The notes below the pieces were generated by a model. The model had not been told where the DNA came from. It did not search any database and saw nothing but the letters and a program-made list of their open reading frames with translations. Shown piece by piece: positions 26,942-36,911 of a stretch of DNA of 64,000 bases. The position numbers and the translations under genes were made by a program. Within the stretch, counting starts at the first letter, position 1, and every line of letters begins with the position of its first letter. Source of the stretch: Candidatus Woesearchaeota archaeon (lineage in GTDB: Archaea > Nanobdellota > Nanobdellia > Woesearchaeales > ARS49); contig JACRKG010000019.1 in the NCBI GenBank assembly GCA_016215315.1, positions 71,523-135,522 of the forward strand, given 5' to 3'.

Positions 26942-27631
26942 TTATTTACCCTCCGTTTTTTTATCATACTGTCTTGCTTCTTTTACTAGTGTGTTTAATT
27001 TTCTATTGTAAGCTTTATCTACAAACCATCTTTTTGCTTCAGGATAAACCAAGCCACCCACTGCAATACCTAAGTCTACAGGTATTTCAAAAATCCAGAA
27101 TGGTGGTGTTTTTAGCAATAGCCAACCAGCTGCTGCGCCTGTTGCAAAATAACCTGCTCTTCCAACACCTCTGCCAAATACTAATTTGTATTTTTGATCT
27201 TCAATTTTTGTTTGCTCAAAAGAATCTTCAACGTATTGTGGGAAGAACCAAGAATTAATTTGTTCTTCAATTTGATCGAACTTATCTTGGCTCGTCATAG
27301 GTTCTAAAGCATTAATATCATCTGCACTTTGAGTTGCTCGAAATTTGTTTTTAACTTCTCCGAGTTTTTTCTCTACAAAATTTCTGCACTTTTTTTTGTA
27401 TTCAGCTCTTAAGTCTTTTTCATCATAATCAGCATAAACTTCTTTAGTTGCAAATGGATTAAATTTACCTAAAAAACTAGGTTTTTCTGAAGACAATTCA
27501 TTAATATTAATTGGAGCGCCTCTCAATTCATCTCTAACAGTAATAAAAAAAGCACGTCTATTTCTTTCTAAGTCTAGAATTAAATCTGTACTTAATTGTT
27601 CCAACGAAAGTTGACTCGAATTATTTTCCAT
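26942..27631 (-). CDS. Hypothetical helical protein with C-terminal hydrophobic hairpin; first gene of SPFH operon
   Basis: Long ORF; GRGVGRAGYFATGAAAGWLL...LGIAVGGLV; start after GAGGGT. Confidence 0.72.
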   Translation of the reverse strand: MENNSSQLSLEQLSTDLILDLERNRRAFFITVRDELRGAPININELSSEKPSFLGKFNPFATKEVYADYDEKDLRAEYKKKCRNFVEKKLGEVKNKFRATQSADDINALEPMTSQDKFDQIEEQINSWFFPQYVEDSFEQTKIEDQKYKLVFGRGVGRAGYFATGAAAGWLLLKTPPFWIFEIPVDLGIAVGGLVYPEAKRWFVDKAYNRKLNTLVKEARQYDKKTEGK

Positions 27632-27854
27632 GATATTAAAACCCTCAATTTTACTAGTAGACAACATAACAAGTATATAAATGTTTTGTTTTTTCACCAT
27701 TGTTTAGTGGTGACAAGATGAATTAACAGTTCACAAAAGGCTTTAAAGAGAATTATTACTAGTAACTCTACAAACACATACTCACTGCGTGTTTTGAGCT
27801 TTTTTCCCAAAACACACCGAAAGTCTTAAAAATAAATCAATACTTCTTATCCTT

Positions 27855-27962
27855 GGACGGCCATAGGGGAGTGGTCCTACCTGTTCCCATTCGAACACAG
27901 AAGTCAAGCACTCTTCCGTGCTGGCGTGTACTCCGCTACGGGGGAAAACCGGTAAGCTGTCC
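27855..27962 (+). rRNA. rrf: 5S rRNA, stand-alone
   Basis: GGACGGC/GCTGTCC helix I, CCATAG, CCCATTCGAACACAGAAGTCAAG, AGTA/GAA-type loop E region; upstream TATA-like element and downstream T tract. Confidence 0.93.
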
Positions 27963-28026
27963 GCCTTTTTTTGCTACGCAAAAAAAAATGTTGGTAAATG
28001 TTTCTGGATTTTTTCTGTCTTTTTCT

Positions 28027-28078
28027 ATCAAAAACTGTATTTGAAACGAACGAAGTGAGTTCAAATACAGTTTTTGAT
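28027..28078. repeat. Perfect 19-bp inverted repeat with CGAACGAAGTGAG cap
   Basis: ATCAAAAACTGTATTTGAA ... TTCAAATACAGTTTTTGAT. Confidence 0.88.
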
Positions 28079-28117
28079 TCGTAAGCTTTTTATTAGAACT
28101 ATTTCAGCAAGAATAAA

Positions 28118-28747
28118 ATGAATGAAGAAAGCATATTAAATCAATTAACTAGAGATAAACAAAGCAGAATTATTAAATTAATAGAAAAAAATCTTCCCGA
28201 AAATAAGGACATCAAAATATTAGACATGGGTTGTGACAAAGGATACCTACTAAAAAGATTTCAAGAGCTAGGATACACAAATTTGTTTGGAGTAGATTTA
28301 GTTGATAGCAGAATATACAAGCACTTTAAGTTTGCAGAAGCAAACATGAATTCTGAACCTATACCTTTCAAAGAAAAGTTTGATTTAATAACTTGTACGG
28401 AAGTAATTGAGCACACTGAAAATCCTTACAACTTAATAAGAAATGCACACGATTCATTGAAAGATAATGGTTTGTTACTGTTGTCAAGACCTCACATGAG
28501 CAACATATTTAACAGAATTAGTTTTTTATTTAGAGGAGAAGTAATGAGATGGGTGAACAATAAGAATAATTATAACTTAATCACGCAAAAGATTTTTGAT
28601 TGGATAATTAAAGACAAATTTCAAATAATTCACAAACAAGGAGATAAAACAGTGCTTCCTTTGTTAAGACTTAAATTACCTCCCACAATTTTGGGAGCGA
28701 ATAGTTTGTTTTATGCTTTGAAGAAGACAAACAATGGAAAAGAATAA
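28118..28747 (+). CDS. Class I SAM-dependent methyltransferase
   Basis: ILDMGCDKG, FDLITCTEVIEH, LKDNGLL. Confidence 0.88.
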   Translation: MNEESILNQLTRDKQSRIIKLIEKNLPENKDIKILDMGCDKGYLLKRFQELGYTNLFGVDLVDSRIYKHFKFAEANMNSEPIPFKEKFDLITCTEVIEHTENPYNLIRNAHDSLKDNGLLLLSRPHMSNIFNRISFLFRGEVMRWVNNKNNYNLITQKIFDWIIKDKFQIIHKQGDKTVLPLLRLKLPPTILGANSLFYALKKTNNGKE

Positions 28748-29522
28748 GCCCAAAATAATTGCGGTTCTAATTGCGTATAATGCTGAAAAAACTCTTGAAG
28801 AGTTTTACAAGGATTTCCCAAAAAATTTGGTGGATGAAATTATTCTAGTTGATGATGCATCAAAAGATAACACTTTTGAGTTAGCAAAGAAGTTAGGAAT
28901 TAATGCTTACAGAAACCCAGTAAATTTAGGTTATGGCGGAAACATGAAAAGAGCATTAGGAATTGCACTTGCAAGAGGAGGAGATATTTTAATAGACATA
29001 CATCCTGATGGAGAATATAAGCCTTCAGCAATACCTTTAGCAATAAAAAAAGTTCAAGAAGGTTCTGAATTTGTTTTAGGTAAACGTTTTGATTCCTTCA
29101 AAGAATTATTAGCTAAAGGAATGTACTGGTGGAAAATTCCTCCATTATTTTTAATGACTTCAATCAATCAAGTTGTACTAGGAACAAAAATAAAAGATTT
29201 ACATCAAGGTTTTAGAGTTTATACAAAGAAACTTCTCGAAAATGTTAGTTTTGAAGAAAACTCAGATAAATATCTTTTTAGTTTTGAACTAATTGCTCAA
29301 GCTCTACATCACGGAATAAAAATCGATCAAGTACCAGTTGAAACAGAATACTCTGGAAAAAAAAGAGGAGCGAGCTTTAAAAGCAGCATAATTTATTTTT
29401 CAGGAACTTTTAAGGTTTTAAGTTATTTCTTACTGAGAAAAGTTGGTTTAGGGAACAAATTATTTAAAAAACCTACCGAAGATGTATTAAAAAGAGCTGA
29501 AAAGTTGGCAAATTTAGTATAA
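28734..29522 (+). CDS. Glycosyltransferase family 2 (DPM1-like)
   Basis: AYNAEKTL, VDDASKD, NLGYGG, HPDGEY, HQGFRVY. Confidence 0.9.
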   Translation: MEKNKPKIIAVLIAYNAEKTLEEFYKDFPKNLVDEIILVDDASKDNTFELAKKLGINAYRNPVNLGYGGNMKRALGIALARGGDILIDIHPDGEYKPSAIPLAIKKVQEGSEFVLGKRFDSFKELLAKGMYWWKIPPLFLMTSINQVVLGTKIKDLHQGFRVYTKKLLENVSFEENSDKYLFSFELIAQALHHGIKIDQVPVETEYSGKKRGASFKSSIIYFSGTFKVLSYFLLRKVGLGNKLFKKPTEDVLKRAEKLANLV

Positions 29523-29566
29523 AAGCCTCACAAATTTTATAAAACGGCGTACTTACTTTCTTGCGT

Positions 29567-30028
29567 ATGAAAATTGAAGGAGTTAGAGAGAAAAAGTTAG
29601 TTGTAAATGGACATAATAGAGGAAATCTTACTGAACTATTGCGTGATGATGAAGGATTGCTTGAAAAGTTTGGCCAGGCCTCATTATCCGTCACTTACCC
29701 CAGAATTATCAAAGCATTTCATTGGCATGAAAAACAAGATGATTTGTGGTTTATGCTTAATGGAAATGCTCAAGTAGTTTTGTATGATTTGAGAAAAAAT
29801 TCCAAAACGCACAAAACAACGCAAGTTGTTTATATGGGCGAATTATATGAACCAATACTTTTATTGATACCAAAAGGTGTTGCTCACGGATATAGAGTTT
29901 TAGGAGAAAAGCCTGCAACATTATTATATTTTACAACACAATCTTATGACCCAAAAAATCCTGACGAAAAAAGAATTCAGTTTGATGATCCAGAAATAGG
30001 ATTTGATTGGACTACAAAAAACAGATGA
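29567..30028 (+). CDS. rmlC: dTDP-4-dehydrorhamnose 3,5-epimerase (RmlC-like cupin)
   Basis: RGNLTE, AFHWHEKQDD, DLRKNSKT, IPKGVAHGY. Confidence 0.85.
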   Translation: MKIEGVREKKLVVNGHNRGNLTELLRDDEGLLEKFGQASLSVTYPRIIKAFHWHEKQDDLWFMLNGNAQVVLYDLRKNSKTHKTTQVVYMGELYEPILLLIPKGVAHGYRVLGEKPATLLYFTTQSYDPKNPDEKRIQFDDPEIGFDWTTKNR

Positions 30029-30037
30029 TAGATAGAG

Positions 30038-32164
30038 GTGTTAAAAATAAATAAAAAAGTACTAATTGTTGGTGCAAATGGCTTTTTAGGAAATAAATTG
30101 GTCAAAGTCTTTTCTAAAGAGTTCGCAGTAGAAGGTACTTATCACTGTCAATCTAAAGAAAATTTAATTCAATTAGACATAACAAACAGTGAACAAACCA
30201 GAGAACTAATAAAAAAATTAAATCCAGAACTCATTCTTCTGACTGCGGCAGAAACAAATGTTGATTTATGCGAAAAAAATCCAGAATATGCCAAAAAATT
30301 CCATGTTTCAGGCATAAAAAACGTGGTTGACAATTGTAACGACAGAAAATTAGTTTATTACTCTACTGATTCTGTTTTTGATGGAGAGAAAGGGGATTAT
30401 GTTGAAACAGATACGCCTAATCCGATAAATGTTTATGCAAAAACAAAACTTGAAGGAGAAAAACATGTCAAAAGTTTAGAAGATCATTTAGTTTTAAGAA
30501 CTTGCATGTTATACAGTGATCAACCAGATAGTCCTAAATTTATTAATTGGCTTATAAAAAATTTATCAGAAAATAAAGAAGTTAAAGTTGCAACAGACTT
30601 GCATGGAACTCCTACACTGATAGATGATTTGGCAAATGCCACTCTTGAATTAATAAAAGAAGAAAAAAAAGGAACATATCATGTTGCTGGAAGTTCCGCG
30701 CTCAGTTGTTATGATATGGCTTTACGAGTTGCAGATGTTTTTAATTTTGATAAAAACTTAATTCTTCCGGTAAAAAATAAAGATCTCAAAAGAGCAGCGC
30801 CAAGACCCGAGTATGGAACTTTAGATATTTCAAAACTAGCAAGTGAAGGAATAAAAATGTCAACACTTTTAGAAGGTCTTCTAAAAATCAAAGAGTCTAT
30901 TGGAACAAAAGTAGCGCCATCTCAATATAAGAATTTAGAACAATGCAGAATTTGTAGCAGTAAAAACCTTGAAGAGTATTTAGACTTAGGAAATATGCCT
31001 TTAGTCAATAGCTATGTAAAACAAGAACAGTTACATAGAGAAGATCAAAGATTTCCATTAAAAATAAGATTTTGCAAGGATTGCTCACTCTCTCAATTAA
31101 GTATAGTTGTTAATCCAGAAATAATGTACAAAAATTATTTTTACAGATCTTCCGTATCAAAGACGTTCACAAATCATTGTTTTGAATTTGCAAAACAATC
31201 TGTAGAAAATTTCAAGCTTTCACAAAATGACTTAGTTGTAGATATAGCCAGTAATGACGGATGTGCTTTAGGTGAATTTAAAAAATTCGGAGTAAAAATA
31301 TTAGGAATTGATCCTGCAGAAAACTTAGCAAAAATCGCAAACGAGAAAGGAGTTCCAACATTGCCTAAGTTTTGGAATGAAGAAACTGCTAAAGAAGTTT
31401 TAGATAAATATGGAGAAGCTTCACTTATCAATGCCTCAAATGTTTTTGCTCACGTTCACGATTTAGATTCATTTCTTAGAGGAACAAATTATTTATTAAA
31501 AGGAAGCGGCGTTTTCACAATAGAAGTTCCTTATATGCTTAATTTTGTCAACAAAACAGAATTTGATACCACATATCATGAACACTTGTCTTATTTCTTA
31601 GTAAAACCATTAACTGTTCTTTTTAAAAAACACAATTTAGAAATATTCAACATAGAAAAATTCACAATACATGGAGGTTCGATGAGAGTTTACGTAAAAA
31701 AAGAAAGCGACAAAACACTCAAAGTCAATAAAGATTCAATAAAATGGCTTCTAGAATTAGAAGAAGACTTAGGTCTTCATGATATTAGCACTTACCTGGA
31801 GTTTTCAAAAGATGTAGAAAGAATAAAAAGTGATCTATCCGGACTGCTCACAAAACTAAAAAAACAAGGAAAAACAATTGCAGCATACGGAGCATCAGCA
31901 AAAGGAACAGTTTTATTAAATTATTGCGGCATTGGAAAAGATTTGATAAACTACGTTGTAGATGACACTCCTGAAAAACAAGGAACTTACACTCCAGGAC
32001 AACACGTACCAATAGTTAATTCTTCAATGCTAAGTGAACAAAAACCTGATTACTTGCTTTTATTGGCATGGAATTTTGCAGAAGAACTCATGAACAAAAC
32101 TCAAGACTACAAAAATAAAGGAGGAAAATACATAGTGCCGATACCTAGTGTTAGAGTTATTTGA
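30038..32164 (+). CDS. Fusion of RmlD-like 4-ketoreductase and NDP-sugar C-methyltransferase
   Basis: GANGFLG, YSTDSVFDG, YAKTK, AAPRP; then CRIC..C..C Zn site, DIASNDG, HEHLSYF, HGGS, YGASAKG, LAWNF. Confidence 0.9.
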   Translation: MLKINKKVLIVGANGFLGNKLVKVFSKEFAVEGTYHCQSKENLIQLDITNSEQTRELIKKLNPELILLTAAETNVDLCEKNPEYAKKFHVSGIKNVVDNCNDRKLVYYSTDSVFDGEKGDYVETDTPNPINVYAKTKLEGEKHVKSLEDHLVLRTCMLYSDQPDSPKFINWLIKNLSENKEVKVATDLHGTPTLIDDLANATLELIKEEKKGTYHVAGSSALSCYDMALRVADVFNFDKNLILPVKNKDLKRAAPRPEYGTLDISKLASEGIKMSTLLEGLLKIKESIGTKVAPSQYKNLEQCRICSSKNLEEYLDLGNMPLVNSYVKQEQLHREDQRFPLKIRFCKDCSLSQLSIVVNPEIMYKNYFYRSSVSKTFTNHCFEFAKQSVENFKLSQNDLVVDIASNDGCALGEFKKFGVKILGIDPAENLAKIANEKGVPTLPKFWNEETAKEVLDKYGEASLINASNVFAHVHDLDSFLRGTNYLLKGSGVFTIEVPYMLNFVNKTEFDTTYHEHLSYFLVKPLTVLFKKHNLEIFNIEKFTIHGGSMRVYVKKESDKTLKVNKDSIKWLLELEEDLGLHDISTYLEFSKDVERIKSDLSGLLTKLKKQGKTIAAYGASAKGTVLLNYCGIGKDLINYVVDDTPEKQGTYTPGQHVPIVNSSMLSEQKPDYLLLLAWNFAEELMNKTQDYKNKGGKYIVPIPSVRVI

Positions 32165-32188
32165 TGTTTATTTCTGAAATTAACAAAA

Positions 32189-33076
32189 ATGAGTAAATGC
32201 AATATATGTAATCATATGGGAGAGCAAAGTAAGACTTATGAAGAACTGTTATTTTGCAAAAATTGCGATTTATACTGGAAAAAAGAGTTTCCTTCAATGA
32301 ACAAAATTGTTGAATCTTATAATAAATTTTATTCGGGAGAGGATGGAGCTAGATTTGATGAAAAAAGCGAAACCTTGATAAGATTTTTCAGAAGACTGAG
32401 AAGACTTGATGTTGAAAGATTTTGCAAAAAAGGAAAACTTTTAGACGTTGGTTATGGCAGACCAATAGACTTAGAAATTTTTAATAAAAATGGTTGGAAA
32501 GCAACCGGAACACAAATATCTGAGACATCTTATCAAGTAGCAAAGAAAAAAGGACTAGATGTTTTGTATGGTGAATTAACTAATTTAAAGATTAATAAGA
32601 AGTTTGATATAATCACCTTTTGGTGTGTGTTGGAGCACGTTAAAGATCCAAACGCATACTTGAGAAAAAGCAGAAATTTGTTAAATAAGAATGGAAAGAT
32701 AATAATTGAAGTTCAGAATGTGGGTAGTTGGTTGGCAAAAAAGACAACAAAGAAATGGTTTAATCTGGATTTAGACAATCATTTATACCAATTCTCCAAG
32801 AAATCATTAACAAAACTGCTAGAAAAAAATGGATTTACTATAAAGAGAATCTCATACTTCTCCCCAGAAATAAGTCCTTTTTCTGCACTTCAGACATTCT
32901 TGAATCTTTTTTCAAAAAAACAAAATTTATTGTTCAAAATGATGAAAAAAGAAGAAAGAGCACATCCAATTTATCTACTGACTGCTTTTTTGCTTTATCC
33001 TCTTTCATTTGCTTTTTTTCTAATATTCGCTTTTAAAAAACAAGGAGATATGATTAAAATCTACGCACAAAAATGA
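32189..33076 (+). CDS. Class I SAM methyltransferase with N-terminal Zn ribbon
   Basis: CNIC...CKNC, LLDVGYG, VLEHV, HLYQFS. Confidence 0.85.
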   Translation: MSKCNICNHMGEQSKTYEELLFCKNCDLYWKKEFPSMNKIVESYNKFYSGEDGARFDEKSETLIRFFRRLRRLDVERFCKKGKLLDVGYGRPIDLEIFNKNGWKATGTQISETSYQVAKKKGLDVLYGELTNLKINKKFDIITFWCVLEHVKDPNAYLRKSRNLLNKNGKIIIEVQNVGSWLAKKTTKKWFNLDLDNHLYQFSKKSLTKLLEKNGFTIKRISYFSPEISPFSALQTFLNLFSKKQNLLFKMMKKEERAHPIYLLTAFLLYPLSFAFFLIFAFKKQGDMIKIYAQK

Positions 33077-34932
33077 AAAAAAAAGGTTTGTTTATAATAG
33101 TATTTTGTTTGGTGATCGTATTCATTATTCCGCACATTTTAGGTTACTCAACTCTAAAAAATTATTACCCTTGTAACGCGTATGTAATGACTAATGATTG
33201 CGTCTGGTATACTGCAAGATATGTTGACTTTTATGATGGAAATTTTTTTGTTGAAGACAATCTGATTTACGAAAATAAACAAGTCAACATATCAGCACTT
33301 CCGCTTATAGACCCAATAATTTATGGCTCTTTATTGATTTTAATTATGCCTTTTACAAATATAAACATAGCACTCATAATCATTAAGACAATGTTTTTTG
33401 TTATAAATTTTCTTCTATTAAAAAGATTAGGTGACAAAGTATTTAAAGATGAACTTTACTCGCTGTTTTTTTCAATCACAATAGTCACACAGATGTTATG
33501 GAATGAATTTCTTTTAGTGGCATTTTATATCTTGTCGTTAATTTCAAAAAGTTTCACTACATACATCTTATCATTCTTTGGTCGCGGCATAGATGATCTC
33601 GTGTTTACAGTTCCTCTTATCTTCGAAAGAGCTCCCAGACCTAATTTGATTTTTATTTTTCTAACTTTATCAATCCTGTTGCTTTTAAATATATTAGAAA
33701 ATAAAAAAATAAAAAAATCCGTTTTGATTCTGTATGGTTTAGGCTGGAGCACTTTATTTTACGCATATTTGTTTTTCTATGTGCCATTTTTCATTTCAAT
33801 AATTTTTCTTTTATTAATTTATTTTTTTAAGAACAGAAGTGTTTTCAGAAAATTAAAACTTGCCTTTTTCTCTTCATTGATCTTTTCTATTCCATACTGG
33901 ATTAATTACTGGAATTTTAAAAATTCTGTGTTTTACGCAGATTACGTTATGAGACTTGGAATTGAATCGGGGCACTTTTTCAGAGTGCTGGATGTCTACT
34001 TTTTATGGTTGGGAATAATAGTTGTATTTTTTTTACTTAGAAAAAAGATCAAAACAGAATGGTTTTATTTTTGCTTAACTTTTTTTATCGGTGCATTTAT
34101 CGGACTAAATATTCAATTAATAATTGGATTTAATCCTCAACCAGATCATTGGATGAGAAAAGTGATATATTTTATACTGACATACATGTTTTTCACAATC
34201 AGTTACGTTTTAATCTGTAAATTAAAAAAAATGCATAAACAAACAATAATTGCCAGTTTAATACTGCTCATTTTTATTTTTGCATCCGTGTGGCAAATAG
34301 AATTCTTTGAAATGAGAAAACCTTCATTATCTCTTCCTTATGAAGAAATAGAAGTATATGATTGGCTCAACAATAAAGAAAATATTTCAGTAGTATTAAC
34401 TGATGATATAGTTATGAATTATCACATTCCATTTTATACAAAGCATGATATTTTCTTTCCTCAAGGAGCGTTCACTATTTTAACAAACAAAGAAATAATC
34501 AATAGAACACTAAAAACATATGCACTCCTCAATTATTCTGATGATAAATTGGAGTCACTGTTGGATAATGACCAAAAAATTTACAAAAACAACAAGGAAT
34601 TGATTGAAGACCTAAATTCGGGAGTGCACGAAAATTTTTACAAAACCTCCATACATATGGATATATTAGGAATGAATTATACAAAAAAAGGTTGGTTTTT
34701 CAAAGGATTTGAAGAAATGAATGTATATTTTAACAAAGAAGATCTAAATAAATTTATGACAGAATACCAAAAAATGAGAATTAATAATACAATATATTTA
34801 CCTGAAAAAATCGATTACATAATAACAAAACAAAATTTAAACAATAAAACACCTTTTAAAAATATAGATATAAAAGAAAAATTTAAAAACAAGCGATATT
34901 TCATATATGAAGTAAAAAAATTAAACAAATGA
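33073..34932 (+). CDS. Polytopic membrane protein, probable GT-C glycosyltransferase
   Basis: About 11 TMs plus a soluble C-domain; inside glycosylation cluster. Confidence 0.6.
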   Translation: MKKKGLFIIVFCLVIVFIIPHILGYSTLKNYYPCNAYVMTNDCVWYTARYVDFYDGNFFVEDNLIYENKQVNISALPLIDPIIYGSLLILIMPFTNINIALIIIKTMFFVINFLLLKRLGDKVFKDELYSLFFSITIVTQMLWNEFLLVAFYILSLISKSFTTYILSFFGRGIDDLVFTVPLIFERAPRPNLIFIFLTLSILLLLNILENKKIKKSVLILYGLGWSTLFYAYLFFYVPFFISIIFLLLIYFFKNRSVFRKLKLAFFSSLIFSIPYWINYWNFKNSVFYADYVMRLGIESGHFFRVLDVYFLWLGIIVVFFLLRKKIKTEWFYFCLTFFIGAFIGLNIQLIIGFNPQPDHWMRKVIYFILTYMFFTISYVLICKLKKMHKQTIIASLILLIFIFASVWQIEFFEMRKPSLSLPYEEIEVYDWLNNKENISVVLTDDIVMNYHIPFYTKHDIFFPQGAFTILTNKEIINRTLKTYALLNYSDDKLESLLDNDQKIYKNNKELIEDLNSGVHENFYKTSIHMDILGMNYTKKGWFFKGFEEMNVYFNKEDLNKFMTEYQKMRINNTIYLPEKIDYIITKQNLNNKTPFKNIDIKEKFKNKRYFIYEVKKLNK

Positions 34933-35660
34933 ATCAAGTCAAAGATTATTCAGATATTAATTTGGGCGTACTCAAAAATATCCCTAATAAAAGCACTGTT
35001 CTCGATCTTGGTTGTGGAACTGGTTTTCAGGGAGGTAATTTACGCAAAGAAAAAAACTGCACAGTATTTGGCGTGGATAGTAACCCAGATATTCTCAGAA
35101 TTGCAGCAAAAAATATGGACCGAGTCTTTTTGGCAAATTTAGAAGAGCCAACATTTAAATTACCGATCAAAAACTTTGATATTTTATTAATGGCAGGAAT
35201 TCTTGAACATCTACGTAACCCAGATCAAGTACTCAAAAACATTGTAAAACAGCTCAAACCAGGATGTTGTATGGTTATAACTCTTCCAAATATTGCTTGC
35301 TGGGAAATGAGACTTCGTTTACTCTTAGGAAATTTTACTTACACACCAACAGGATTACTTGATCATACACATTTGAGGTTTTTTACTTTAAAAACAGGAA
35401 AACAACTCATAAATGCAACCGGGCTTAAGATAAAAAAAATAGATGTTACACCTCATTTCACAAGAGCATTTCTGCCGCTCTTCCGTCGCTTTTATGGATC
35501 TCCTGATGGAACTTCAGCCAATAACAGTAATTCACTAATTCTCCAATCACCTTTATTCAAGATTTATAGAAAATATATTTATCCAATCGAAACCATAGTT
35601 GCAGGAATTAGAAAACAATTATTTTCACTTGAATTTATTTTTGTAGTAGAAAAAAAATAG
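34929..35660 (+). CDS. Class I SAM-dependent methyltransferase
   Basis: VLDLGCGTG, ILEHL, LPN, GLLDHTHLRFFT. Confidence 0.88.
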   Translation: MNQVKDYSDINLGVLKNIPNKSTVLDLGCGTGFQGGNLRKEKNCTVFGVDSNPDILRIAAKNMDRVFLANLEEPTFKLPIKNFDILLMAGILEHLRNPDQVLKNIVKQLKPGCCMVITLPNIACWEMRLRLLLGNFTYTPTGLLDHTHLRFFTLKTGKQLINATGLKIKKIDVTPHFTRAFLPLFRRFYGSPDGTSANNSNSLILQSPLFKIYRKYIYPIETIVAGIRKQLFSLEFIFVVEKK

Positions 35661-35773
35661 ATTTTTAAACAGTTTGCTTTATTATTTTATGATGTTCCTC
35701 TCAATGATTGATCTAACCGTCCATCTTAAAGTAAAGAATTCAAAAAAGAATCTATTTCTTTGCAAACACACAC

Positions 35774-36895
35774 CTAATCAAGTATTTCTTTATTTGTGAT
35801 AAAGTTGTAAAGTAAATCTGCAAAAAATTTATTTCCTTTAGAATTCATATGCCCATCTTTTTCCAAAAATAATCCCTCAATCTTTTGTTGGGCAACTAAT
35901 TCGGGGAAAGGATCGAAACAAATCAAATTCGCACTTTTACAGAAATCTAATATTTGTTTTTGAGGTTGAAATCTATCAAGGCGATGACCCCTAAAGTGCT
36001 CTTGATAATTTTCCCATAATTCATTTTCTGTTTGTTCTTTATCTGGAAAAATTACGAAAATCGATTTATTTAAAGAAAGTTCATTCATTTTAACTAGCAG
36101 ATTTTTTAATTTATCAAAAGACTCAGAATATTTTTCTAAGTAATAATAACTGTGAACTGGTTCCCTGCGCATAGACCACCAATTAACAAATCTATTATAA
36201 ATAAAAAAATAAAGCCTAGAAAATTTTGATAGTTTCTCATTAAGCGTTCCAAAACCAAAAATAATTCTTCTTTGTCTGAGACGATTATCTTCATTAACAT
36301 AAATTTTTGTTGAACTCACTTTGACGGGCAGACCTTCGTTAGTTTCTTCCCAAACATTTTCACTAATATCCTCAAGATCGTTGCCAACAAAAATCCCCAC
36401 GATTACTAAATCAGGAGATAGTTTCAATCCTTCTTTTATCAAATAAAGATATTCTGAATCGGGAGAATATCCGTCAGTATATCCTGCATTTATGACGCGA
36501 GTGTCGTTAAATCGTTTTTGTAAGAAGAATGGATAAGTTTCGTTGTCGTTAACTCCATAACCAAAAGTAAAAGAATCTCCTAAAGTTAGTATGGTTTTGT
36601 TAAAATCATTCAATATGGGCATAGTTCTGAAACCATTTTTATCTATTTTAATAAATACATCAAAACCGTCCTTTGCAAATCTTACTGAAGTGTTTGGTTT
36701 TAATGAAAAATGAGAATATTCTGTATTTATAAAAATAGGCGGATCGCTTAAGAAAGGGTCATCTGGTTGAGAAAATTTTGAATATAAAAAGAATAAGCCA
36801 GAATCTTCATAATAAAAATATCTCAAAAATACTTCTAAAAAAACAAGACACATAAATATTGATAAACCGAGCAAAATGACCTCTTTGAAATTCAT
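35774..36895 (-). CDS. Membrane-anchored SGNH/GDSL hydrolase
   Basis: GDSFTFG, NAG, GND, DGH blocks; N-terminal TM. Confidence 0.88.
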   Translation of the reverse strand: MNFKEVILLGLSIFMCLVFLEVFLRYFYYEDSGLFFLYSKFSQPDDPFLSDPPIFINTEYSHFSLKPNTSVRFAKDGFDVFIKIDKNGFRTMPILNDFNKTILTLGDSFTFGYGVNDNETYPFFLQKRFNDTRVINAGYTDGYSPDSEYLYLIKEGLKLSPDLVIVGIFVGNDLEDISENVWEETNEGLPVKVSSTKIYVNEDNRLRQRRIIFGFGTLNEKLSKFSRLYFFIYNRFVNWWSMRREPVHSYYYLEKYSESFDKLKNLLVKMNELSLNKSIFVIFPDKEQTENELWENYQEHFRGHRLDRFQPQKQILDFCKSANLICFDPFPELVAQQKIEGLFLEKDGHMNSKGNKFFADLLYNFITNKEILD

Positions 36896-36911
36896 TCATG
36901 ACACCGTGCCA

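Noticed and set aside
27853-28044. 63-aa ORF in the track
   Set aside because: Overlaps the 5S rRNA gene.
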